From Squalus acanthias (Eukaryota), in contig CM059440.1 in NCBI GenBank assembly GCA_030390025.1, positions 65,720,001 to 65,784,000 on the forward strand: a stretch of DNA of 64,000 nt, written 5' to 3'. The translations under genes and the position numbers were made by a program. The notes under the pieces are model-generated. The model was not told the DNA's origin, did not search any database, and worked only from the letters and a program-made list of their open reading frames with translations. Of this stretch, positions 49,603-64,000 are shown piece after piece; within the stretch, counting starts at the first letter, position 1, and every line of letters begins with the position of its first letter.

Positions 49603-49908
49603 TAATAGGAACGGGATTAGGCCATTCAGCCCCTTGACCCTGTTCTGTCAATCAATTAAGATCATGGCTGATTGGTCTCTCAACTCCATCTATCCACATT
49701 GGTTCTGTAACCCTTACCCAACAAAAATCTACCTGTTTTGAATTTCACAATTGACCCCGCAGCCTCAACAGATTTTTGGGGAAGAGTTCCAGATTTCCAC
49801 TACCCTTTGTTTGAAGAACTGCTTCCTGACATCACCCCTTAACGGCCTAGCTCTCATTTAAGATTTTGCCCCCTTGTTCTGGACACCCCCAGCAGAGGAA
49901 ATAGTTTT
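49603..49908 (-). mobile_element. CR1 3' end
   Basis: Near-copy of 27075-27400. Confidence 0.85.
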
Positions 49909-51248
49909 GCAGTGTGATTTGTGCTAGCTTGCTGTACAATGTAACAGTAAATAACTGAGAACTACTATGCAAGCACTAAACAAAAAAAGACATTAAAAAA
50001 TTAAACCTACTCAGAACTGTCATTTAGATATCAAACTCTGATAAGAATCATTTTGTATATTTAATATCTTGAACTCCTAGATCCTGTCACTGTACCTAGT
50101 TGTGGGTTTAGTATATTTGACTTCTGTTGAACGACTGGCCAGTTTAATGCCCCTTGCCGCCTCCATCCTGCATCTCATTCTCAATGTACCTTTCAAACGA
50201 CAGTTACTATTGCTACAGCACATTGAAGCTTTGACTCATTTGATATAATAATCAAGGCCATAGATTCATAGTTTTCACAGAAAAACTAGCAAAAATCCCA
50301 GGTAAATCGCATAATCCCAAGTGATACCAAATTTAACTTTTTGAATCATCAAACTGCAGCCCTGACAATCAATTTTATACCAATCATTTTGTTCACATTA
50401 ACTACTGGAACAAATGTGAGTGTAAACTTGATGCACCAACAGTAACATTGTGATTATGAAGATTTCCTGTGCCCTCCACACCCAACGTCGCGTGAGCTGC
50501 CGAGTATGGCATTCCACCCAGGGTCATGGATACTGACGGGTACAATGACTGTCTCCCACTCCCACTTCACCCACCCTCAGGAACCCAGATAAGGCAACGA
50601 CTGGCTGGAAAACTAGCACCGTGCATTACTGCCTGATACACCACACATGGCTGTGATTGGACTGCTCAACCTGCTCGCAGTTGTTTACTTGCTGCAGTTC
50701 ACTCCTGCGAAATCGCACTAATCAATTCCCAGTTCAACTGTCAATCCCAATCCTCCTCATTACCTTCAGCACAGAAACGGAGACTAATTAGAATTCATAC
50801 AATTAAAGATAGTGAACCTGCAGGCCCATGTGCTGGCAACCACAATACCTTCCACTCCACTGCAGCATTCTTCAGACAAATGCACCAGGATATTAATCCC
50901 AGAGATAGATGCATCTATATACACACATATACCATAAACGACCCCCAATTCAAGGATCCCTGCTCCAGCCCCAGTACCTGGTCCCGTTCTGGGACCTGCC
51001 CCCGCCCGCTAACTTTGATCAAATGAATGCTCCAGTAATCTGCTCGCAGCCATTCTGCACAATGAGCTCAGGTTACAGCACCACATCTCACTAACATGTT
51101 AATAAAATACAATATCTCGCATTCAACTTCCCAGTATTCACTCCCCTGAAACTTCCCAGTTCATGCTCTTCTCCATTTTGTTGGTTCCCACTGCAGTGTC
51201 TTCAGTTTTATTTTAATCTTGCAGCCATGCACTCACTGCTCCACTTAC

Positions 51249-51564
51249 CTGTTCTGTACCGAGTTTGCGGCTGCATGCATTGCAGCAACTGCTGCATCCT
51301 GAGCCTTGCGGTTCATAGCTGGTGGTGGGCACATTCCTGAGGTCATTTGTGCCGATAGGTTTGCTGTATTAGGTGTCATATTGCCTCCATACGGCCGGTT
51401 ACCCATCGCCGCAGGGCCCATCCTCCCCGGTGGCATCCCACCGTAAGGCGGTGCTGGACCCTGACCATGCATTTGGTTGCCGGCGGTCATCGCATTCATG
51501 GTGCCTCCTAAGCCGTAGTTTGCGTTGGGCATTGTGTTATAGTTGGGTTGTCTGGGATAGCCCC
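51249..51564 (-). CDS. ARID1A: ARID1A exon 8
   Basis: aacag|(G)[16 protein letters not shown]...SGMCPPP...[13 protein letters not shown]|gtaagt; 316 nt. Confidence 0.93.
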
Positions 51565-51620
51565 CTGTTTAAAAGAGAAGCAGGTGAAAAATAAGCAGAA
51601 CAGAAATGTGCCTCAATCTA

Positions 51621-51731
51621 TTGGAAATAAAAACAGAAAATGCTGGAAATACTCAGCAGGTCAGGCATCATCTGTGGAGAGAGAAACTGAGACAACGTTT
51701 CAGCTCGATGACCTCGTCAGTATTTCGCTTT
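51621..51731 (-). mobile_element. Penelope-like mini-element with decayed hammerhead core
   Basis: Reverse CTGACGA-ggtcatcgagct-GAAA-cgtt; 12-bp TSD tgcctcaatcta (51609-51620, 51732-51743). Confidence 0.78.
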
Positions 51732-52403
51732 TGCCTCAATCTAATCTGCCTCGGTCCAAATAATGAGTTGACCAAAAATACATTTCAACCCTTAGATGAA
51801 GAGGATTTTTAAAAAGTGTCTTGACAACGAGGAAAAGAATCCACAATAACTGAAGAATGTGAATTCGTGATCAGCAGATACATGATTGCACCTCAACACC
51901 CTGTAAACTCAAACACACACTAACCTCACTCTCAGTGGCAACTCAGCACCATTAGCAAAGTAACGGCAAGGGAGAAATACAGCTCAACGCGCTCATGGCC
52001 AGTTTGGCAAGAGACAGCCGACAGTGGTACAATAAAAAGGGAGGAAATCCCTTGAAGCACACTTCCCAAGTGTGGCATTGTACAACATGTGAGCAAAGCG
52101 ACAAAGTTAATTTCTCCAATTCTGTTAATGTTACTAGTACAAGTCCATGATGAATTCACACAGCAAGTGTGCAACTGTCCAACTAAGTATTCACAGCAGA
52201 AAATTGCTGAATTTCATTTGCACACATGCGATTACACTTAAACAGGTGTTTACATCATGGGAGACAAGTAGCCCATCTGCTAAATGCCCTTCCTGTGACA
52301 CAGGGTGCAATCAGTGCAGGTGGCTGGGGAGAGTCACATCGATACACATGGTCAAAGTTCCAACTCTTATACCCCAACTCGTCATACAAAACACCACACT
52401 CAC

Positions 52404-52571
52404 CTTGAGGTCCATACTGGGCACCTTGAGGCCCATAGTTTCCAGAGTTATTCTGCTGATACGAGCTCATCCCAGCATGCATCTGGCCCCCAGAAGATTG
52501 GCGCGGAGACAATGCTGACCCTGTCTGTGGGGAGCTGTACTGAGGCAGCTGGGGGGGTCTCTGCATGTAAC
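52404..52571 (-). CDS. ARID1A: ARID1A exon 7
   Basis: tacag|(G)[31 protein letters not shown]...YGPQ|gtgagt; 168 nt. Confidence 0.93.
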
Positions 52572-53546
52572 CTGTAGACAGAAAAAAGAGACAGTTCAGT
52601 GAAAACCAGGAAAGGCTTTAAACTGAACATGTAAATCACGGCAAAAGTAATTCACTGTCTGAAGCATCTCGAGACATTTTACTTGCACGGTAAAGCCCCT
52701 TATAAAGGGCAAGGATTTCTCCTCTTTTAAACTCAAATGCACCAAACTTGATCAATTTCAACTCAAACTCATAAGACCCATTCCAACTAATTGCCCTCGC
52801 CCAAACAAGTAACTTCTGTGTGCAATTCAATTCACTAATTAGAGATCTGGGGTAAAATATTCATTAAAAGTTTCCCACTTGCACATTTTATCAAAGATAC
52901 TTTCGCCATCATCCCCATCCCACCCCAGACAGCTCAGTGAGTTTGTGTGGAGTATGAGCAAGTCATACAGACCAGAAAGGTCTCGGGTTCAATTCCTGGT
53001 ATGTGCTAAGTTGGCTGGTCTCAGTAGTTGAGGCAGAGACCAATGCACCTTTGAAGGGAGAAGTAGATAAACATTGACAGTTGAGAAAGATACAGGGCCA
53101 TGAGGAGAGAAGAGCCAGTGGAATTAGGTTTTGGATAACTCAAAGGAGCGAGCAGAGACGCGATAAGCTGAATGGCCTCCTTCTGTTCTGTAAGCTCCTG
53201 GACAGCAGTAATTGGTGTGCTCCAATTGGCCAGGTACCAGAGTGTGTGTGACTGGCACCTCATACTGTACCACAGCACGACCAATGCCCTCAGGAGGGGG
53301 AAAGAATTTGCCAGAAATAGAAAAACCTTTCAATTGTAACACTAGTTTAAAAACCATTTCCTGCTAATATCAAGACAACTGTGTTTTGGCAAACTGCAGC
53401 ATGGCACCTCTAGTCCGCATGTTAAGACGTTTACACCTTTTGTGTCCATGGCAGTGAATTATTTTAGCTAGAGTAGTGAACACAGATTGAATATGGTTTG
53501 GTATTCTCACTTTCTAGTCAGCTGCACGGGTTGACTGTGAACTCAC

Positions 53547-53636
53547 CTCGGTCCTGCCCCATAGCAGATGGGTTCATGGCGGGATGTAGAATTCCATCGG
53601 ACTGACCGCTTGGAGGGCGGGGTGGCATCTGATTAC
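53547..53636 (-). CDS. ARID1A: ARID1A exon 6
   Basis: gccag|(G)[29 protein letters not shown]|gtgagt; 90 nt. Confidence 0.93.
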
Positions 53637-54147
53637 CTGGCATGCAAAGAGTTCACAAGTTACTCGTTACCCAAAGGAACGAGGGAGCATTGCTGCAGGA
53701 TGCAGTGGGGTGGGGAATTGGGATTGCAGCCCCTTCAACAAGCAATGGGATAAGCTGAGTTTAGTATTTAACCCAGCTGATGCTAGAGGAACAGATAGGC
53801 GTGCAGCTCGAACACAGGGTGTCCTAGTTGGGAGGCAGATGCCCAGCTGCATCAATTTTTAACACGGGGTTTGAGGTAGAGTCTGGGGTTTCCATTCGTT
53901 TTCTGTAGTCCTCTCGCATAGTTGCTATTTTTTACATTGAGTCCACTTTAGTGCCGTATGTAACTATCAGCAACCATCTGTAAATAAGGCTTTGGGGTCT
54001 GAGCTGCTGAGAAGATGGCAGGACTTATTTCAGAGACAAATTTTTGTCCTCAACCGTTACCATTAACTCGGTTACAAGCAAAATGCAGCTAATTTAGGGA
54101 GTGTGTCCTGGGACATTCTACATGCATGTTCCTGAAGATTGTTCTGC

Positions 54148-54819
54148 TCTCAGTCTCTTGGTCACCATTGACTGGAAACTTAACTGGACCAGCCACATAA
54201 ATACTGTGGCAACAAGAGCAGGTCAGAGGCTGGGTATTCTGCAGCGAGTGTCTCACCTCCTGACTCCCCAAAGCCTTTCCACCATCTGCAAGGCACAAGG
54301 CATGAGTGTGATGGAATACTCTCCACTTGCCTGGATGAGTGCAGCTCCAATAACACTCAAGAAGCTCAACATCATCCAGGACAAAACAGCCCGCTTGATT
54401 GGCACCCCATCCACCACCTTAAACATTCACTCCGTGCACCACCGTGGCTGCAGCGTGTACCATCTACAAGATGCCCTGCAGCAACTCGCCAAGGCTTCTT
54501 CAGCAGCACATCCCAAACCCTCGACCTCTACCACCGAGATGGACAAGGGCAGCAGGCGCATGGGAATACCATCACCTGCAAGTTCCCCTCCAAGTCACAC
54601 ACCATCCTGACTTGGAAATATATCGCCGCGCCTTCATCGTCGCCGGGTCAAAGTCCTGGAACTCCCTCCCCAACAGTACTGTGGGAGTACTACCTTCACC
54701 ACACTGACTGCAGCGGTTCAAGGTGGCGGCTCACCACCACCTTCTCAAGGGCAATTATGGATGGGCAATAAAGGCTGGCCTTGCCAGCGACGCCCACATC
54801 CCAGGAACGAATAAAAAAA
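54148..54819 (+). mobile_element. CR1-group LINE 3' fragment with A-rich tail
   Basis: IDWKLNWTSHINTV...SVMEYSPLAW...KSWNSLP; ends gaataaaaaaaa. Confidence 0.85.
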
Positions 54820-54959
54820 AGAAACCACGTTACAAAGATGTCAATTAACCCTTTCAGTTTTGGCAATCTTGAGCGTTCCAATTTCCCCCTATTGGCAAAG
54901 ATAATAAAACTCAAGTTTTAGTAAGACGTCATGACGCAGAATGGCCGTAAACATTCTCA

Positions 54960-55268
<309 letters not shown>

Positions 55269-58200
55269 CTACAAACCCAGAAGCACAATTAGTTCACCTG
55301 CTCTTCTTGTGTAATAACATTTATGGCAGATTTTTTTTAAACTGATAATCGTGAACTTTTCTCACTTCTGCAAGTACTGAAATGATGAAAATTATTGGTT
55401 AAAGAAATGAAGCAAAGCTGGACAATGCATCATGTGGGAACAGTCTCCTGGGGGACCAAACTCATTAGAAACTATAAAATACAAACCAGTTTCCTTCATT
55501 AATGAGTGGAAGCAATCATCTGAACAGTCTAACAAAACCCCTTTACTGCACAACTCCCAGACCATGCTCTTCCTGTACACTCATCTCCAAACAGCTGCCT
55601 CTAGCTGGTAGAGAACTGCGAGCAAACTGAGCCCCCCGATACCCAGCACCCCCGACAACCCCAATACGAACACTGCTCCATGTTCAATGACTGGAGAAAA
55701 ACCATCAGGTGGACGGCCAATGGGCATGTCCCCCCACACAGTCCAGCTGAAACTGGTCACGTCACACAGTCGGAGAGTCTGAAATTGGGGCAGCAATGTG
55801 TCAGACGTGTGTCTGGCACCAAAATAACTTAACAGATACAAAATAAGGCAAGAAACAGAAATCACCCAATATATATTGGCTGTGGAATAACTCAAAATAT
55901 GTCTTTAGCTTGAAAAAAAGTGAACATATATTTGCTTTGGGAGAGTTGCTGTTACACTACATCAAATACAAAGTTGTGTTTATATAGTGCCCAATTGGGG
56001 GAGGGCGCCGCGCCAGGGGGAGGGGGCGCGTGTCGGGGGGAGCAGCACTGTGGGATGGGGAGTGGAAGCAGTGTGCTGCTGACACAGTCACGTTTTAAAT
56101 GCAGATCTCAGCACACCGTGACCTTTGAGTGTGTTCGAAATGATGGACTTGGAGGGGTGACGCCTCACTGCACATCTTTTAAAACCCAACTCTGGGATAG
56201 GCTGATGTTAAGCTTTCACTTTAAACCGTGGGTGGTGGGGTTGGAGAGTGGGTATTCACGCCTGCTCCTGCCACGTTTTAAGTGTAGCCCTGGCTGGCAC
56301 AGCCTGTCAGTCCGGGATTACCATCCTCTCATGCACAATGACATCATCACATCACATTTAAATTACTGGAACTACTTTTTTCTTGCTCTTTGAAAATGTG
56401 TTCAAAGCATTAGACAACAATCGAGTAATTAGCTATCAGCTGGAGACAGGACAAGGGCCACAGTTAAATCTCCCCATGTGTAGAAGTCCTACTAGAATCA
56501 CCGCACAATCCAAGACCGTGCACAGTTCAAACTCATTTCCCTTTTATAATTTTATTTTTTAGTGTGATAGACAGAGATGCATGAAAGCCCTTACATTTTA
56601 TATCCCACTCACACTGCTGACCATAACCCACGGCTTGGGCCATACACATGCTGTACGAGATTTCATAACGTACCAGTTCCCAACACACACGGGCTGCCCA
56701 AAATTTAATCAGTCCCACCCCACAGACTCAGCCCACTATCCTGCCTCATATCACAGACTCCGCCTGAGAAAGGAGCCTACAGCAAACTTGCCCCATTAGC
56801 CTCAGCCTTCTTCAAATCATTGCGTATTAATTTATTGCTTCCGTTGTCCCCTGAACAGGCCATGACTGAGGCACACTATCAGGCAGCCCTTCAACTGCCA
56901 AGTTTGAATCTCAGCAACACTTTTAATCAGCTCTTCCGACGACACTCAGTAGCTGCATCATCATTTAGCTAGTTACAGGACACAAACTCAAAATCACAAA
57001 CTTCTATCCGCATGTCTACTCCCCACCCCCAGCCCCCATAAACAAGCAGAGACAGTAATCCTGAACAATCATAGAACATTAGGTTGCAAGAACTAACCCG
57101 GCCTGTTTTACACAGTGCTGGCTGCTCCCTAACCATCTTACAAAATGGTGGTTAAACAAGAGAAAATGGCAGCCTCAGTCACCATGTCCATGTAGGGAGG
57201 TTCTGCCCAAGAAATCTAACTTATTCTCGTGACAAAAGCTACCAGGTTATCCCAATACATTGGTTGCAACATGTAATGGGTTAATATCCAAATAAACTGC
57301 TTGTCCTTGAATCAGCAGCATGGGAACTGTTACACACACACACAGAACCAGCTCGCAAGTACTCTCTCAGATTAATACTGCACACCGGGAATCAGCCAAT
57401 GTGTGCACAGTTTCATTCCACACACACCATTGCCCTGCTCCTGTTTTATAGCGAGTTGCTTTCACGGTGACAACAAATTAATTTTTAGTCTTTAGTTGAT
57501 ACGGGCGTCGGCTGCACGCATCTAGATTTGCGATGCTAAAGGTGCTATACTGAAGTTGAGGAGGCAGGGATCACTCAGGGTATTCACACTGCAACCGGGA
57601 GGGAATCTACCATTAACAGGGCTTCACACATAAATATTCCCATTAAGCAGAAGGTTATATTACTGGACAAAAGAAGCCATGCCACTTTGAGAAAACAATT
57701 CCTATTCCTGTGCTTCCACTCCAGTGAAATGTGCAATAAAGATTAGAATTGTTCCTGTGGTCCGATCCCAATATTGTTGATCTGCAGTGAGCGCGGCGCA
57801 AATTCAAAGAGCCTCTTGCTGATGTGACACACTCTCTCCCATCCTGTCAGTGCTCAGCCGGCATTTACATTTGTAAACAATAACAGAATGAGTGGATTGG
57901 TTTGTCTCACGTGTTTTCCATGTGCTTTCGATTTATTGCCCATCTGCCATTACCATCAAAATACTGGAAGCTGTCCAAGTATTTCACACTGAATCTCACA
58001 CTCCTGGCTGGTTCCCTAACAAAAGCCTTGAGCTTTCTTTTGAAATCTTGCCCAGTTTTATTTCGGGCTCTGACCTGATGAATGAGTGTTGATTACTCCA
58101 CGGAGTCTGATGTGTTGAGGTGGTGTCACTATGTATTCGCTGCTCCCTGACATTTCCTACACACTTGGCCACTCCTGCCGCTGCACCCCTCTCCCCCCCC

Positions 58201-59412
58201 ACCCCAGGGGTACACGATGCTGACCTCCGCCCCGCCTTGGGGGTACACTGCACTGCCAAGCGCACATCAAGCAACTCAGCAATTGTGCTTTCTACACTAA
58301 AGCATCTCCTTCAATAAATAATTTGTCTTTAAGCTCCAAGTGTTGCCTTCACCCACATTACACACAGCACCAACCCCGAGACTGGCTCCTCCTTATTCCC
58401 AGTCTCCCGGTGAAAGCTTGTGTCTCCATAAACTACCTCTCACCTTCCCATTTCCATCAGAGCTTAATGCACAAACCTATTTTATTAAAAACTCATTCAG
58501 ATTCACTGAGGCCGGCTGATGGGAACTGGCAACGTATAAATTTAAGCCACTATTCTGGATGTCTGAATCTAGATCTGAACACCAGGCACAGATAGTGTTG
58601 TCACACTGTCTGCCCCCATGGGCACCCTGCACTGGCTCCATTTGTGCAACTGCTTCCATTAAGTACGCATGGTACAGAGGATCTGTACAGAATCTGTCTC
58701 CGGTAAAAGCCACTTTAAACACATTCCAGGGTCATCCATTCACAGAGAGGGGTTCATGCATTAAATTTTCTGCCTCTCCCCTGACAGTGCTCCATCTCCA
58801 GCCCACCTCTCCCAGGCCTCCAACCAGCTGCACAAGACATGCAAGAGCAAACCGAAAATGAGCCTTGCTCTGGTATTCCCTCCCCATCTCCACTTGGAAC
58901 TTCCACAAAAGAGGCATGAAGAAGAGAGCAAGGAGGCACAACCGTGCTGTGCCCACTCCTGGTATGCAGCAATTGCAGCACTAAATGCAACACCTGCACT
59001 TCACAAAAAGTTTTCAATACAGACTCCACTTTCAGTGCAATCTTGACAAAACCAAAATGATCCCAAGTTCTGGGCCACAGAAACCAACACAACCGAGAAA
59101 TAAGAAAGCAGTTAACCCGAAGCAGCAGCAAGTTCATACCGCGCTGGGCATGATACCTGGGAGCTCAGTCTGTGCGACAATCATCAACTAAAGAGTGTGC
59201 AAAACAAGAGCAACTTGCCGATACCAACAACCACAGCACAGCTTCAGAGAACCAGGCACATTATTATTCCAGAGTTAGTGCAGTACTTATGAACACGAGG
59301 TCTGGGTAACTGCGTGCCATAGTGCGCTAGACACTGACCGTTCACTTTTGTGACCTTGGTTCAAATCCAGTCCAGACCAATGGGTTGAAAGCCATCTGCC
59401 TGTTGCTCAGTT

Positions 59413-59545
59413 TAGAGTTTGGCCAGGCTCGGTCCGGTCCAGTTTCTAGAGTTTGGCCAGGCTCGGTCCGGTCCAGTTTCTAGAGTTTGGCCAGGCTCGG
59501 TCCGGTCCAGTTTCTAGAGTTTGGCCAGGCTCGGTCCAGTTTCTC
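59413..59545. repeat. 34-bp tandem repeat, ~3.8 copies
   Basis: Unit tagagtttggccaggctcggtccggtccagtttc. Confidence 0.93.
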
Positions 59546-62500
59546 GAGGGCCTGTAGCATTAAACTGCTCCTAGCTGGCAATCTTCCCCCGAGGGGCCAC
59601 AAGATGACTGGCATAGAGAAATAGATAAAGCTGCCAGACCGGTGCAGTACAGGGCACTCGGGGCAGAGTCCAGGGAGTTTTGTTCTGCATCTTGTTGTGT
59701 AAAACCTGACCTAGGAATACTTGAAGCAGACACCGATTGCCTGAAATGGAAAGTGTTGTCTGTCCAGCACTAACACCGCTGATCTTGATGAGCACAACAG
59801 TTTTTATTAACACAGAACAGAACTTGAGAGAATGACATGAGAAATGCAATAATTAAATCCAAGACATCACTTTCAAAAGGAAAAGTCACTCTTGGTGATG
59901 TATTTTCACTAATGTGTAAAGTTATCAACAGTGTGACAAACATTACTCTGAGCACACTGACTCACACCCAGGAGCTGGAACCCAACAGTGAAACTGGAAG
60001 GGCCCAGTGTTCTAGGATACTTCAACACTACAAGCTGTCTGCTGGGTCATTGGTCATGCAGGAGCCTGCACAGAATAATTTTTCTTTTTGCTCCACAAAC
60101 TGCAAATGATCATAAACTCCATGAAGTGGTGGCCCAGTGCTTTCAAAAATTGGACAGGTGTTCCAAATGCAAACTCCAGGCCAAAGAAAAAACCCAGCGG
60201 GACGCCAGGGTGCCAGCCCGTTTGTTGTTTGCTATCTCCTCTACTCTTTTTTCTCACTTTGTTGTAGTTCCATCTGTTTTTGAACAATGACCAAAACCAC
60301 CCACCCCATTAAATGACACAAGGTACCAGCATTAGCTTCTCATGAAGGAAGGCTCACTGGGTACAATCACCTGAATCTCACTTTCTGTAAGATATAAAGT
60401 CTCAGAATGCAGGTGTACTCTGATGTATTTAAATTTAGAGCTCTCATTTAATCTTTTACTTGTGTCTCAATAGTAACACTTCCCATGCACTGAACATACT
60501 GAGGCTGTAGAACATCAAAGAGGAAGGAGACTATAGGAGGAAGTATTTACTGTGAAGGCACTAATTCCTAATATGTTGGATCATTTTACACAGCTCAACT
60601 ATTCTTTTTAAAAAAAAAGTAAATTCCTCTGGAGAGCCCAGGTGACTGCCACTTGGTGAAAATGCAGTGTCTGCTGACAGGTTCCTCATCAGCTGTCCGG
60701 TTACAGACAGAGCAGAGACCCTGATCATTGTATCCAGGTGAGAGGGTGCAATCATGGTCTGCGGAGTTCAACAGCCGACGCCAGCTTACCACGCCCATTT
60801 TCACTAAGCGCCTATTCCTTGAGCGTTAGAGAATCTTTAATCTCTTTAAAACAAAATGGGATACATGAAGGGGTAAATTGTTCCACTAAAAAAAATTTAA
60901 CCCCCCCCCCCCCTCCCCCCTGTAATCCAAGATCCATTCTCTCCCTCATCATTGACCTTTTACACAACACAGGCGAAGGCTTAATCCCAACTGGATGCAA
61001 GACATCGCTGTAAAACATTTACAACAAGTTTATTTCAGTAAAGATCCATTAGCTCACCCACCCATGTGTGAACACCAACAGACCATTGAAGCACAAGCCC
61101 CCCTCCGAGAGTGGAGTGAACACCCTGCCTTCTCCCTCAAGCAGTTATTCCAGAATCCCCACTCAACAAGCAATGCTTATGAACTGGTAGATAGGCAGGC
61201 AAGGGTGGGGGGGGAAGTACAAGAGACAATTACACATTCTTGCAAAATAAATGTTCCTGTGCAGCTTGAACACGTTAGTCACCCTATGACAGGGAATGGG
61301 ATCGGCTGTGCCAGTCTAAGCAATTCAAAAGGATTTTGTCCTGCTCATTAACTATTTAAAGGGGTTTAAAACAGAAAAATGGCAGCAACAAGCGACTGTT
61401 TCTGTCCCCACTATAATTACAAAGTGACTGCTCGCTCTGTCCCCAAGGCATGTGTGGCTCATCAAGAGGAAGGGCTGAACTATTTAAAGCACACTTACTC
61501 CACAAGAACAATGGAGTATTTTGAGAGAGACAATGAGTCTCTCTACAGGATACTCAGGAACCTGAGAATGGCTCTCTGCAACAGCAGCACTTGCTAGTTG
61601 CTTTCACGCAGAAAGATGCTGAGGGAAAGGAGCAGAAAGAAGCCTCTATTCTGTATTTAAACACTATGCAGTGAGGGATTATTCATCTGTCGAGCATCAT
61701 TATACCTGCACCGCAACTGTAGCCGATCCAACAGCAGGATGTTTACATAGCACAATTTTTAACCCTTAAATAAAGACTGTGCTCCCGCTCTGGCAGTTTG
61801 GGGCATTTGCACGATTGCTGCAACAGCCAGAAATAGCTGAGCCAGTTGCCATAGCAATAGCGTCTGCATGACATCATGTGGTGTCAGTAACCCAATTATA
61901 CAGCAGTTCGTCCCTCAGAGGTGGGTCTGTACGTGTAAATGAGAGGGTGATGTGCACTTAGAAAAAGAATTTTCATTAATTCCACCAGCGGACCACAGAC
62001 TGAATGTGGGGAAACAGAGGCCATCCGTGCCTGCCCCGCAGACTGGGAAAAGGGAGCGATCGCACTGACCCACAAGGGTGTTATGTGCCTTAGTTTTTAT
62101 ATATCAAAACAAGTAGATATATCCTCTCCTTTATCAGTGCAGCTTGGAACAGGTTCCTGGGACTTGCAGAAGTTGATATAAAACATCCAGGATTTCTTAT
62201 TTACCAAAAACAAGATAGTCTGGGAAGATCTAAAACTCACTAAATTTGGAAAAAAAATTCCAGGTATATTCAATTAGCTCCTGCACTTCAGCTTTCAAAA
62301 CAATTAAAGTCAACAAGACAGTCATTATTAGGGATCAATTGACAATATCTGTTCTAGCCCAATGTACGATAGGTGCAACTAATGAGCCTGCAAATGGAAG
62401 TTCAGACATTCTTCCTGCACGTGATGCCCAGTTTTGCTCCCACCTCCAAAACAAGCAACCAATGCCAAACACTATTCCTGGGCAAGAGACGACTTGCTTC

Positions 62501-63554
62501 CAGACATCAGTTGGTGCCACGCTAGGCTGCTGTCATCATTGTGTAATTAGGTGGCCCTTCGTGAGATGCTCATCCTCCCCGTGCATGGCATGCCTGACAT
62601 TTGCAACTCACATAGGAAGGTGAAAGAACAGCCTGCACGCTGGTGATAGGGCGAATCACAAGTTCAATGGATCGGCCAAATTCTGAGCCATAATGGAGAC
62701 AAAGGCCGCCTGTCACTTTAACAATGGATGTCACTAGTCCACCTCCAGTTAAAGAGGACAAAGTCTACTGGTGACATTAGTGAGGGTGAGGAGCAGCAGC
62801 AAGGAAGACCAGGACAGTTGCAGGGCACACATTCAATACAGACCAATAGATTCCAGCCTTTTCTGAGAGTTCCCCATCAGTCACCATGGCTGCGGGAGCA
62901 CAGAACATTCAAATCCTTTCACTTTAACCACGTGCGCTGTTACTGGCAACAATCGTGCTTTCTTCACTGCTAACACCCCCCCTCTCTGAGCAAAGGGCAC
63001 GTACAGGGTCCCAGGGTGAAGTCGGGCTGTAGCTGCAGGTGGGCCCTGTGGCCAGGAGCCAGTTCTCAGGAAGTGACAGGTGGGTATCATTTTAACCCCA
63101 TGTATATAGCACATTGCAGCAATGAAGATACGTCTAATTGCACCCACTGTCTAAATTAGCTGCTAAAACACCAAGAGCCACATTTGTATTTAGTAACAAC
63201 AAAATCATTCAAGTTAGCTCAAGAAGCTCGACACCATCCAAGACAAAGCAGCCCGCTGGCTGGAGCCTGAGCCCAAGCAGCCAAAACCACATTTGAAAGC
63301 TCCAGGCCACAAAGGGACTATGAAGAATTACTGGCTCCACCCTCACAGGCCTAGTCCCTGCCTTCAACCCAGACACAACGGTCAATCGTCACCATTACTC
63401 CAGGATGTCAATCCAATCAGCTCGGATGTTCGGAATTGAGTGGGATCGCTTGATTCATTAATCTGTACCAAATACTTTGAATGAATTGCTAAATGTGCCA
63501 TGTCTAGAGATAGTGAACGATCAAACTGCACGCCAACAACTTCCTGAACTATGC

Positions 63555-64000
63555 TAGTCTCCGAGTAAGTGGGCAAAAACTGTGGCAGATGGAGTTGAAA
63601 GTGTGAGGTCATCCACTTTGGACCCAACAAAAGATAAATCGGAGTATTTTCCAAATGGTGAGAAACTAGGAACTGTACAGGAACAGAGAGATTTGGGAGT
63701 CCAAGTACAGAAATCACTAAAAAGTCATCAGGTACAAAAAGTAATCAAAATGGGAGCTGGAATACAAAAGTGAGGAAGTGATGCTTCAGTTGTAAAGAGC
63801 CTTGGCCAGATCCCATCTGGAGTACCGTGTTCAGTTCTGAGCACCACACCTCAGCAAGGATATATTGGCCATGGAAAAGTGCAGCGTAGATTCACCAGAA
63901 TACCAGGGCTTAAAGGGTTAAATTATGAGAATAGGTTGCATAAATTAGGCTCAAGAAAATTGAGGGGCGATCTGATCAAGGTGTTTAAAATGTTAAAAGA
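63555..64000 (+). mobile_element. CR1 LINE fragment running off the window
   Basis: NGEKLGTVQEQRDLGVQV peptide; same subfamily as 27069-27935. Confidence 0.88.

Noticed and set aside
51694-51720. Active hammerhead near the exon 8 acceptor
   Set aside because: Core boxes remain but stem II is mismatched and stem I cannot pair, so it is probably inactive.

Overview
Vertebrate genomic DNA, most likely a shark or other chondrichthyan, judging from the SacSINE1/DeuSINE-type SINEs and the CR1/L2/Penelope repeat set. Two genes lie on the minus strand in the same order as in human. ARID1A exons 5-20 (human numbering; CDS 55268 down to 18590, all GT-AG, phases add up to one open frame, exons 1-4 outside the window) are followed by the promoter and first exons of PIGV (about 6480 down to 1, running off the window). 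Introns and the intergenic spacer hold CR1 and L2 LINE fragments, tRNA-derived SINEs, hAT elements, an LTR-like element and several minisatellites. Most notable: (i) Penelope-like insertions carrying minimal hammerhead-ribozyme cores, including a fold-back element with two opposed cores in ARID1A intron 15 and a family of ~110-130 bp TSD-flanked mini-elements; (ii) two candidate ARID1A microexons (21 nt in-frame after the ARID domain, 28 nt frameshifting in the last intron); (iii) an internal exon-18 acceptor matching the human short isoform; (iv) a 2.1-kb hAT element with nested insertions. Gene and family names come from recalled sequence similarity, not from database searches.
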